From: Botryllus schlosseri
Taxonomy: Eukaryota
Assembly: GCA_051294905.1 (NCBI GenBank)
Contig: CM119385.1
Location: forward strand, 12,772,001 to 12,836,000
Direction of reading: 5' to 3'
DNA: 64,000 nucleotides
Each line of letters opens with the position of its first letter. Position 1 is the first letter of the stretch. Of this stretch, positions 23,001-35,000 are shown one piece after another. The translations under genes and the position numbers were made by a program. The notes below the pieces were generated by a model. It was not told the origin of the DNA, did not search any database, and saw nothing but the letters and a program-made list of their open reading frames with translations.

Positions 23001-26000
23001 ATTTGCGGAAGAACTGCTCAAGCACAATTTGGTTTGTTGAATTTGACCTCTTCATTAAAACAAGCTTAACTGTAGATGTAGTCAAGGTGAAAATTTGAGA
23101 GGTCCAATATTTTTTAATAAATGACATGACTTCACATTGAAAACAAATGACAATATCACAGTCAAAAATCCAGTGTTGCTACTCGAGTGGAAGTAGAAGT
23201 AACAAATAATTTATCCGACTTGGAGAAGTAGCCTAATGATTTGCAAGTGGAAGTAAAAAATAAAAGTACGCAAGTAAGTAGTTTCAAGTAGATTTGGCCG
23301 AGGGTTCGCATGCTTTTAGTGGTAAATCGCAGACTGCTTTTGAAATTGCAGGGTGCATCTCTGTCACTAATGGCACCATGAATCCGTTGTTGAGATCAAG
23401 TCACTACCTTCGAATCACAAGTCAATTCGATTCATTGCACATTTTGTCTCGAGTCAAGTCAAGTCACTCGAACTTTTGAGGTGACTCGAGTCAAGTGTCG
23501 CCAAATAGATGATAGTATATGAACCCTCAGAGAGTTGAAACTAATTTATACGATGGAATACACAATCCATCATCACATCCATACGATGTAATTTAAGCCT
23601 GTACCAATTGTTGACCAGTAATATAAATTTACAAACTAATATATCAGTCCGATTTAAATTATGCTAAAGTTTCGTTAAGAGCAGAGAGACACTGCTGCAG
23701 ATAGAATAGCCTGCTACTAGTAGACAACCTAAGCTCTAATCACTGCGCTTGTGGTCAATTTAATTGAGACTTAGCGACGGAGGTTGAGTTAAACCAGGCT
23801 GCGCAATCTTAGAATGACTGGTCGCTCACACAGGGTGTTGATAATATGTACGGTACGCACAGGTACATCGGCTAAGTTGACACCAATCAATTGATGACTT
23901 GAAATTGACTTGAAAATTTTGCTTCGAGTCACGAGTCAACCCACATTTTTGTGACGTCAAGTCATTTTTGCAAAGTGTCTCGAGTCAAGTCATCTGGAAA
24001 AGTTGACTCGAGTCGTCCTTACGCTGCTATGAATAATGTGCGATTTTCGAAAATAAAATAAGTTACAGGGGCAGTGCTCCTTAGTCGATATGACAATTTC
24101 ACTGGAACGTGATGGAAGCACTTCGGTACTCTTTCTGACCCCCTCTGGTGTTACGTCACTTCAACTGCATGTATCCCACCGGGCAGGTTGTATTCCGCAG
24201 TGGAGAAGGCGCGTTGCAGACGTTACCACCCCTGGTCGACGTTATGACAGAAGCGAGATTGAATTTGGTCATCTACTACTTGAAACAAGGTCAGTCGACA
24301 CCACGACTATTCGAGGGTGTGATATCGAAATGGCGAATTGTTGCAAGAAATGACACAGGGTGACGTTCACTTGGTGTGTTCTTCAGTGTCGAAATTGCGT
24401 ATATGGTCACTATTGTGTGGTGTTCTGTATATAGACTGGTATTTAAAATAGTGGTAGGAAGGACGCTAGATTTTTGTCCTTGATGTTTCTGCGGCATATA
24501 CACTGACTCAGTCATGATAGACATACACACGATCTGTGCATATGCATACTGTGAGTGAATGATGTGCATGCATATGCTGTTGAACAAGGAAGGTGCAGAT
24601 ATGGCCTTGTACGGCATTCTAAGCCTTGCACCACCCCTCCATGCTATTCTGGTAATACTGAGCGCCAAGTGGGGAAGTGATGGATACCAGTGTTACTAAT
24701 CAGGTCTTTGATCTGATCCAGCCGGGGGATTGAACCCACGACCTACCAATCAAGAAGACGGACGTTTTACCATTACGCTGTCTTGTCGGGTAATGTGGTT
24801 CTCAACCTTCGGTCTGCGGACCGGTGGCGGTTCTTGGCAACTTTCCTGCCGGTCCGCCAGATATATCAAAAATTTATATCTCAATATAAAGATGCAAAAA
24901 GTTGGACGCTTTCCTATTAATTAAAGTAATGAAGCATCAGATTTTAAATTGATTTAGAAGTTTGAATCGTATTTTCCTACATGGTGTCTCACAATAGAGT
25001 CGATGGTCTACTTTGGCATTACCATACCTCACAATGCTGCAGAGGTTGTACAAAACTTTAAAAATACTCGTTTTAAACAAAATTTGTTTAAATTTGACAG
25101 CAAAATTTTGTGATATGTGGCAGCTTGATTGTGCTAGCAAAGTGGAAATCGCAGTTTTTCTTAAAAGATACAATCAAAATCAAGATGAAGTTGTGAATAC
25201 TAAGGCATTGATTAGTGATAATGATATCGAATTGGGAAGAGGAAGGTAATAACTTTATAGTACGGTACATGGGATATGCGATGAGCTTGCTGACAGAATA
25301 GATGTGCCAAAAGGATGCATGTCAAACGCTTCTTGCTGAATTTTCACATGGAAACTTACAGCCCTTAAAATGCACCGCCAATGTCCGTTGCAAATATGCT
25401 GCGATTTTTAGGGATTCTGGTGCTCTGAGGTTATTTATTAGATTTTATTAATCAGTGTAACAATATCGTTTGATTAATACCAGTTATTATAAATGATGAG
25501 CTGGTTATGATGAATTGCACTATAACAGGTAAGGCTTGGCCCGTCTGTGACTCACCTGTGACCCTCCTTACCTTTTACACTATATTTTTGAACAATAAAA
25601 ATGCAGATTCCGTGATTTTAGTTGTAAAAATGTTTAAAATTTAGTCATTCACGAATATCGATAGAAAATACCCATAATTATTGGTACGGTGTTATAATTA
25701 CTGAAGGTTTCACAATATTATTTAACTCATCCTGGCGACAGGTCAGGCACAGCCTCAACCACCCCCTGACCGCACGTCACTGCCTTCACTGGATCGTAGG
25801 GCACTGTAGATTTTAAACAGGTTATCAAGAAGGGCAACTGCGTATTTCACTTGACATGACGCTGTACATTGCGGTGCGCGAATCATCTGTCGTTGATTAG
25901 TCATCATCACACGACGGCGTTGGCGCTTTTCGCTATGGTAAACCTTATGCGTCACGACAATGCATAGTATTAATGTTCAGTTGCCTTTGCTTTTTGTGAA

Positions 26001-29000
26001 CTTCTACCACTACCACTCTTGGCCATTCTCTTTCCTGCGCCCTCTTACGCGTTTCCGCAGCCGACATTGAAGCCGTGCTCACTCTTACTTTGGGTCAGTC
26101 GAGACGCTGATACGACTGCGGGATGAGGAGCTCATATAAACCTCCGACACACCAGCTATACAGATTTATAACTGCACCATTGCAGATGAAGCCGCGGGCT
26201 GTTGGTTTTGTACACAAGGGCTACATATTTTTCGGCATTATTGGCTGCTCTTCAAGACTTCACATTCCCTCTTTCATCAAAGAGTCAAATGCAGCTGGTA
26301 GACTATCAAAATGTTTTTAATCCGCGCGAAAGTTTAATAAAAGCTAATTCCTGTTCGTTTTTGCGCCAAGTGATCAGATGAACTGACCGGTTCGTAAATA
26401 TTTACCGCGAAGTTCATGGGCGTGTTTACTAGGGGGGAATTGGAGAATTCGACGGTTATTTTTCGATTCGTACCATTTCAACCAATTCACGTCTCGGATT
26501 TCGACATTAGGTCGGTCACTAAACACATATGAGACCATCCCATTTATATACAATATACATAGTTACGAATACGACATGCCGCCCACTCGCTACACGGTTA
26601 CATATCACGCCCAATCAATACAAGTGCTAGTCATAAGCTGATAAATCATCGATTGCTCTATTATTGACTAACAGTGGAACAATCGTCACAATCACACGAC
26701 ATGCATGATTATCGTGAAGAGAGTATTATTATAGAATGTATTAGTAGTATTATAGCCATTATGTGATCTAACTAGTAGCACAACACGAGCCGTCGACTTT
26801 AAAATGCAACTGGGTTGATATTATGACTTCTCGCTAAGTCCCATAGCGTGGCTGTGAAAATAAAGTCACGTTCTGCCGAAATATAAAAACTCTCATGCTC
26901 ATTACAAATATTAGGGTTCAAAGTTTCTCGGAGCGGACTTTTGGGTGCATTACCATCATTCTAGCCAAATCCGACATGTAAATCCGATAAGCGCACTTTT
27001 GGGTACATTACCATGTAGCCAAATCCGCCATATAAATCCGATATCCCATTACATGTGGAATGTCAAATATGCCACTATTATTGCGAGAACCTATCCTAGA
27101 CCTCTATCCGTGGTATCTCGACGTACTGAATCCATAATTTGATCGATTCATATCATGCAACTGTCGCATTGTATTTCGATCGAGATACGATTTTGGTTCA
27201 CGAATCTTTCACGTCGTTCAGATTTAGATGAATTGAGTATACATACAACAAGAACGACCGTGATGCTTCCGTTCAGGAGTTGTGTTTTAACCGTTTGGGT
27301 CACCAGTTACATTCATTGCGAGTGTGTAGAGTGGACACTGTCCATTGCCTGTCTTACGCTGGCATCCAGTCACGCTCTGCTTTACGCAACCGTGATTTAC
27401 TCTTCTCAACGTGACTTTTCAGTGTATTTATCACGGTGATACATTGTTACGCGGGATTGCGGTGATCGACAATTATGTACTTAATCATCTCTGATTGTCT
27501 ACTGCGTGATTATGATGCGTGTTGGAGCTCGGAATTTCTACTTGCATCACACCATTTGTCGCGTTGGTGGACGGCACAAGTCAGAATTGAACGCCTCAAC
27601 ATCCTTGACATAGTAGTAGTAGTGTTTATCGACTTCCGCTTCCAGCAGCTGTGCTCGTGAACTTGCCATGAGCACCAAGTGCAGCGCCCTGCATAATTTT
27701 TCATAATCCATCATTTGACCTTCCCTAACCGATCGGCGCTTTTAAAAATAATGCGTTAGCTTTGTTGCTGGAAATTCTATTGCATACCAGTATCGATCAA
27801 GGTTACCTGAAGGTCGGAGTATAGGTTTCGAGATATTACGAGTAGCTGCAGTTTTTCGAGCTTTCGATTGTTTGCAAATTGAAAAAAAATCCGCGCCTAA
27901 TGTTACATCAGTTGAATTAACTGTATCGACATTTATACCCGAATAACGAACTTGTTTGTGTGCAATGCAAATTAGAACATTCAGTGCATACTGCACTGCA
28001 CAGTCGTTTGGTTGTGCGAAGGCGGCACTTTGCTACCCCTGTCTACGTCACTGATAACGTTCATGAGCTTTTTTCGTGGGATTGAATGAGACGATTATGA
28101 TATAGAGAAGCCAACTTGAGAGTTATATTGCAAAGTTGGAAATGCCACCCCAATCCTCTGGTATATTCTGATATTGATTGCCAAGTGTTCACATATGCGC
28201 TTATGGACTATGGTACATTGTGCACGCTCTTGTTTGTAATGCAACAGAATATTAGATTCCATATTCTAAAACCCACATTTAAATCCATGGTTTGCATGCA
28301 TGCAAGGACCGGTATATAAACTCACTCGTTCATCGCCTGTTACACAGCGATGGTCAATTGGTCACACGCTTCGTGATAAATACCAGCGGATGTTGGATAT
28401 GTATAGCGAACGCCGAAAATATACTATTCAATCGAACGCTTTTAGCACGAACAATCAAACATCATACATTCAACCCTCATATTCTTGTCAGTGTGCTCTC
28501 AATCTCCGTGACCTCGTCGTCAGCATTCGTCCCGCTTGACCGGAGTCTACTACGTCAGCCTATTGTTCAAGTTGATTTGAAATCGCACAATCGCGGATTG
28601 ACCTGACCTTAGCATTTCGTTAAGGCGTTTTGTTGCTCAAGGCTAGTGGTCGCGATGTACTCCACGCACCAGACGTAAATAGATAAAGCACTTGTTTCGG
28701 CAAAAAAAATGTAATAGAACAGGAATAAAATACAGGGCAATGAACACGTAATCGCGTGGCTTGATGCTAGGCAGCATGATGAATGTGCTGTGCATTGTGC
28801 ATATTCATCGAAGCGGTTTCCCTTGCATATCGGACTCCTGCGCGACATCTTCATACCGATCCTTGCTGTGCGTCGCGTTGACCGTAAAGTAGAATATCCC
28901 ACAACGGGTGTGCCATAGCAGTCCTTCATTTAGGTGTGTACGGCGGGGGCTCCATTGATTCCATAGATTCCGTTACTCCGTTTGGGTTTTGGACGTGCTG

Positions 29001-32000
29001 TTGACACGGAACTATGATGCGACTGTTGGAGGTGTGCGCTTGCGTTGGAGTCTGTGGGTAGGATGGCGGGGAAAGTTCGCCTTTAACACTTTTCGTGAGT
29101 CCGCACGATTCTAATTCGTCGTACGTCGGCGGGTCAGCGCATACCACATTCGTAAGAGTGGGTTCGAATGCCGCGCTTGCTTCAGCACCTGATAAGTTAA
29201 GGTCACTTCGTGAACGCACAGCCTTATATTGATTTATACACGCCGACAGAGCGCAGTTATTTATAGCGAGGCTTCTTTCTGAACCAACGCGAATCACAAT
29301 GTTCTGGGTTGGGTCAGCTGTTCGAGATAAGTGAGGCGACAATAGCGGCTAAATTGATACTTACATCGTCTTTGTCTCTCTCGAAGTATCATCATTCGCC
29401 TCTTGCGCACTGACCTCGCGCCGCTTATGAAAAGGCAAAGTAATATCGCGACCACAGCAACTCCCATTACGTACGCTTGATATGAACTAAAAACGGAAGG
29501 TGATTCGTTATTAGCCGAAAGGGAACGTGATAACAACGTCGATGAGTTATATGCTGTTATGTTCATTGTTTACACAAGCTGCACCATGGCCTATCTTTAT
29601 TAAGAATCGCAATCGTTGTCGCACTTGGATTAGGATACAAAGCGAAACAGAAATATATTCGAGATTGTTCGATTCGTTAAGCGATAACTAATCCAATCGG
29701 TATGTTTCCACTATTTCCAAACGATTACGATAATTGATCGACTTCATGGTAACGTGTCTCACCCCGTGTCCCATCCTGACGTGTGATGAAGATGGAAGCC
29801 CGCGTCCTTTAATACGTCGCAGCACATCGCACCCTGTTCGAGTTCGATGTACGGCGCTGTCACTGTGCCAGAGCAACAGGCGTTTCTAATGCTGTCCGAT
29901 GCTTCATAAAGATCTTTTCGTAAAAAGAAGGCAGCGTCGCAGCTCATTTCCGTTCGAAAATCATGGCAAATCACTGCAAACTTTTCCATAATTGATTGTG
30001 GTTGATGCACACAATGAACTAGTACGTTACTTGTGATCGAAAACTGTAAACAGAGAATTTAGATTTAGCACAAGAACCGGCAAATGGGTCTACTAATGCC
30101 ACCCCACAGCGTTCACAACAACCGCCTAGAACCGTCTCTGAACCTACTTTATTATGATTCGCTCTACCAAACAACGCAACGCTCCATTGAAATTCTTGTA
30201 GTCACGTGACAGTGACGTCACATTATTTGATAAACGCTAGCCTCTGGGAGTTACGCTGTATCTGTCAAAACAATCTTCTACCTATACATTGTCTCGTTTC
30301 GAAGTTGCCTTTTTATAACGCACGGTACAGTTTTGTGCTGTAACTGCCGCACACTGTGCTGTTCATCGCGTTTTCATAATAAAGCCTTCGCTTCAAGTCA
30401 TGTATTTAAACGATCGTCTTTCTACCGAGCCGATCAGCTGATAGAATGTTGTCGGTTTCGTATTTCGCCGCCGCTTGATTTGTCTGCGGCATTCGACTGG
30501 TCCACACCGCTCTAAACCAGCGCGCGTAGCAGCTGCAGTTGCTTAGCGATGGAACTTACAGCGGATTGCCCGAGCCATCCACGGCGACATTAACGTTTCT
30601 TATGAATATTCTGATGTTAACTCGCGGTACGTAACACTACTGAAGCAACCATTCGACCTTATCGACTTCCCTGAACAGGCTGTCACGAAAAATACTAACT
30701 CAGCTTTTGGGCGTTGTAGGTAGATGTAGCACAGACCCTGTGCAAATATTGAACGGATTCAATACCTCAAATTGACATTGTGCTTCTTTCGCTTCAGTGA
30801 CTAGTTACTAATTACACGGCCGCCGGCCTCAGTGCAACGTCTGTTAGTTAGGTCTATACAGCGAACTAGATACCCTTCCGTATATTGTTTGAAGCTAATG
30901 GGAGCATTAACGATTGAAGCCCCTACGTTCAATTTCGCCTCTGTTGCTCCCGGTTGTTTTGTATGAGTTACGCCACTGTTAATTCTCTTCGCCCCCAACC
31001 TGTCGGCTTTTATTTCAAGTTATTTTGCTTCGTGCAGCCTACCAAAATCAAGCGGTCATTCAGTTCACTCATTACGTGCCGTTGCGTAAGAAAACCCGGC
31101 TACCTTTTCGCGGCGAAATATTACCGAACTAACAACAGGATATAACGCTCATACATAACTATGTTCGCACCCGGCGTAGCCATTGTTGCCTATATACGTC
31201 ATGCGCTTTTGCATGTTTTGATCCTAAGCTTTGCACACTGCAATAAATAGCGCACCAACGCAGCACTATCTCTCCATCGACGACAATTTCCGTTGCTTGA
31301 ATAGCCACGGGATATTTTTCCCAGTCAGAACACCGCGTTGGTCTCAAACTAGCTGTGTTCGTGATTATATTGACGTAATGTGGTGTAATGTCCTGAACTT
31401 GTCGAGGTTATAATTTACATAATTTCGAACGCTAAGTTACTAGCGATGCAGCATCGCTGAAACGATGTTATGCATAAGCTTGCCATGTGCAATGCATGGC
31501 ATTTTCCCTGAAGTAAATAACGCCCGTCACTTGATATAATGAAATTAAGACTGCCTTTCGATGCATGCACTCATCAATTTGAGAGTTGCCCCAGCACTTA
31601 TATGACTAAAATTCATTACGCTATCGATTTTCTGGGCCGCATTGTTAATTTTTCATAGACGCCGTGGCGTTGCATTGAAGCTTTCCGCCTAGCCATCTGT
31701 TATTCCCTCGCCTGTCTTACAACTGCTGGAGTTGATTTCAGTTTGTGCGCGTGTTGGTTATGCTCCTTATTTCCGGCTTAACTCTGCGGCATTCGCTGCT
31801 GTTCAAGCCCACTCGCGCTGTGAACGCTTTGGTGAAGTCAGCCATTGCTCTCACCTTATTGAATCTCATGTGATTCACGCACTAGATTCGAAACCAGCTC
31901 CTAGGTAACATGCGTTTCCGTAGTTGGGAAGCGAATGACTGCAAGTTACATCACCCACCGTATAACCGATGCCTCATTAAGGCGTCATCATCATCAAAAT

Positions 32001-35000
32001 ATTGCAATCTGCTAAACCTGTTTGCATTTACAATTGCGGCATATTTGTAAATGCTTGTACTACGCTATGAATTTATCTGCTAGCGATACCAACTGTACAA
32101 TTCCTTCTATTAGCTCTGTACAAAGTATCAGTTTGCCAATCAATATCAATGCTGATACCGGGAGGAGTGATTGCGTAGTTTCATTGGTCGATGAATATTT
32201 CATGCCTGCAAGGTAATACAGTTTTCGGGAATATACCTATTTTCCCCGGCCTGCATAATGAGCGCTTTCTGTTGTCGCCTAATTCCTGTATCTGCATTGG
32301 ATTCAAGCAACCGCACATAAAATTAGCGAAATACTGATGCAGTTCTGTCTTCAGATGATATCCTGGAAGCTTACAATCTTATCAAAGACATCGACCCTTC
32401 CACGCCGCAAGAGTACATTTTGAAAGGAGTCGTTAACGCATCCCTCGGACAGGAGCAAGGCTCGGTAATTATGCACTATCTGTGGGGTGCCTTTATTTTG
32501 TACATGCAAGCTAATGAAAAGCTAATGCAGCTAATTAAGCTAAGGAAAAGCTAAGTAAGCTAATGAAAAGCTAATTAAGCTAATGAAAAAGTAAGCTAAT
32601 GAAAAGCTAATGAAGCTAATTAAGCTAATGAAAAGCTAATGAAGCTAATGAAAAGCTAATTACGCTAATGAAAAAGTAAGCTAATGAAAAGTAAGCTAAT
32701 GAAAAGCTAATTAAGCTAATGAAAAGCTAATGAAACCAGCGAATGTAAAAATGAAGCCAAGGAAGTAAGTCCAGGTTAGTATTTTGCTCATATGATTCTG
32801 GATGTATCAAATCCGAAATTTTAAATCCAAGTTTACAATCTGGATATTCGATTCTCAATAGGGATTTTTGAATTATGATTGCAATAGTGCCAATTCAGAC
32901 TTAACTGCACCCTGCAAACCGGAAGATTTGACGACACCGACAGGTTTGTTTTGAGGTGTTCATGGTGTGTCTCGACCAGCACTGTAACTGCCGCACCCCT
33001 AACCCCCCAATTGGGGGGGGGGGCGAGCTCGAAGGGGGCCCAAAATTATTTCGTGAATTAGCATAAATCATAGAGTATTTTTTGAAAATTTATGCAATTT
33101 TTTCGCGCTGCGCGCGAATTCAAGTAGCCTTTTATCTATATTATTGGGCATTGGCCATTACCGCGCCACCACCCACCAATACATACAATCAAGACATGAG
33201 ACTCCAAGAAGTGTGCCAGAACGATCGGCAGCGAGAAAAGCGTGGCCGAAAAGGTCTACGCCATTATGCAGACCGAAGACTTCATTATATCTACAAAATA
33301 CATATAGGTTTAATTGTCCATAGGCTCCTAAATGACTGGCGCCGAATGTTCCTGTCTTTGCAATCTGAACCTCACAAGACACATATCATCCCGCTGGGAA
33401 AAGTTTTATGCCAGTGAAGAAATACCATTTTGAAATCGTGTGCGTCTTTTAGTTTAGAAGCCTACGTTTGGACGATTCTATACTTTTTGATATACCAGAC
33501 TGGAAGTCACGAAATAATATCATGTAACGAGGTCATATCAACGGGTCCGCCCGCCCGAAGATGTTTAATCATTATTTACGGGCCCTCCCGTTTTCAAGAC
33601 ACTTCAGCCAGCTCCACCGGTACATCTAATGACGTGAGTAGAGAGGACAATAAATTGATAGCATAAATATATGCAATCGCCGATCTGATTGACCGATTTT
33701 ATCATAAATCATCGAAAATTTTCGCGCTTCGCGCTGGCTCACAATGCGGTACAGATAATTTCGTGACAAACGCGAACAACGTGATGGGGGAGGGTCGTTT
33801 TATCACCCTATGGGAGCCCAAGTCCCACGTTTTTTGGGGCCTGACGAGGTGCTGTTTCGTTCCTGACAACGGGTATACCCCCGAAGATGTTTAATTATTA
33901 TTGAGTGGTCCTATACCTTTTCAAACACACCTCACTCAGCTCTACCGGCAAATCTGATTACGTGAGCAGGGAGAAGATAAAAATTGATAACAATATATGC
34001 AATTCCCGATCATACTGCCCGATGAAATCATGAATTCTATAAATTTTCCGCGCTTCGCGCGCTTAGGCGACAGAAGCTGATTCACTAAACAAACTCGCAA
34101 TGTATATGATGAATAGCGGTAAAAGTGTATCGCCGGAGGGGGGTGTGGGGGGCGAAGCCCCCAAGAAGTTCGGTCTATAACCCTATGGGGGGGGGCCCAA
34201 GACCAAATTTTTTTTGGGGGGGGCTGACGAAGTGCTGTTACGGCCCTGGTCTCGACTAATATGGTCATGGTCATGGTCATGGTCATTTACACCAGGCAAT
34301 TTTCTACATTTCTATTCCGTAGCGGCCGACTTGTACAACGGCCCACATTCTTGGCTTTTATAAGACACCGCTTACACGGATGAGATGGCACCTAGGTCGG
34401 AATTCTGGAGTCGACCTCGGTCGGACTCGAACCCACAACCCATTGGTGTTGAAGCTGTGGATTATACCACTACGTTATCTCGGCACTACATACAGCGGTG
34501 ATCTCTGACGAAGTTTTTCTGCCTACTCGGTGCTGAAGTGCCAACACGCCTAACATGATAATGTGGCCGGTTATGTTTGCAAACTGAATTTGATAGCGTG
34601 AACGAACATGAACATCAACGACATTTCAAAGGGAGTTCATTTCTTGATGGTAATTAGTTAGGAAGGCAAGGAGGATTTGAAAACAGCATTGTCTCACAAG
34701 CTCCAGCATGCCTGCTATCAATCAACGCATCATACAAAACTGGATTAACCCGTTTCGGCACGCGATATGTCTGGTAAACCGAATTCGCGTGGATATTGGT
34801 TGCGAGCTTGACAGTAATTTTTATTTTACAAATAAACTTCACATCATGATCGACAGATTATAATTTAGATTATTGATCGTTTTCTTTAGAACTGAATCAT
34901 TCTGCGCATAATTTCAAAATTGGGAAGACTTCTTTTTCGTTACCTTTGCGAAACCTAAATGACGTACTAGTGAGACATCGGCACCATTGTCATCCTGATA

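Noticed and set aside
25101-25245. Exon-like open segment with AG/GT ends in IFT56 intron 9
   Set aside because: Phase 1 in but phase 2 out, so it would frameshift IFT56, and it has no convincing similarity to neighbouring exons.
27510-27996. Possible further minus-strand exons in IFT56 intron 9
   Set aside because: Splice-site candidates exist, but no phase-consistent model with a recognisable product could be built.
28609-28929. 106-aa ORF overlapping the PPxY gene stop (ATGA)
   Set aside because: No recognisable motif; most simply 3' UTR. Stop-start overlaps arise easily by chance.
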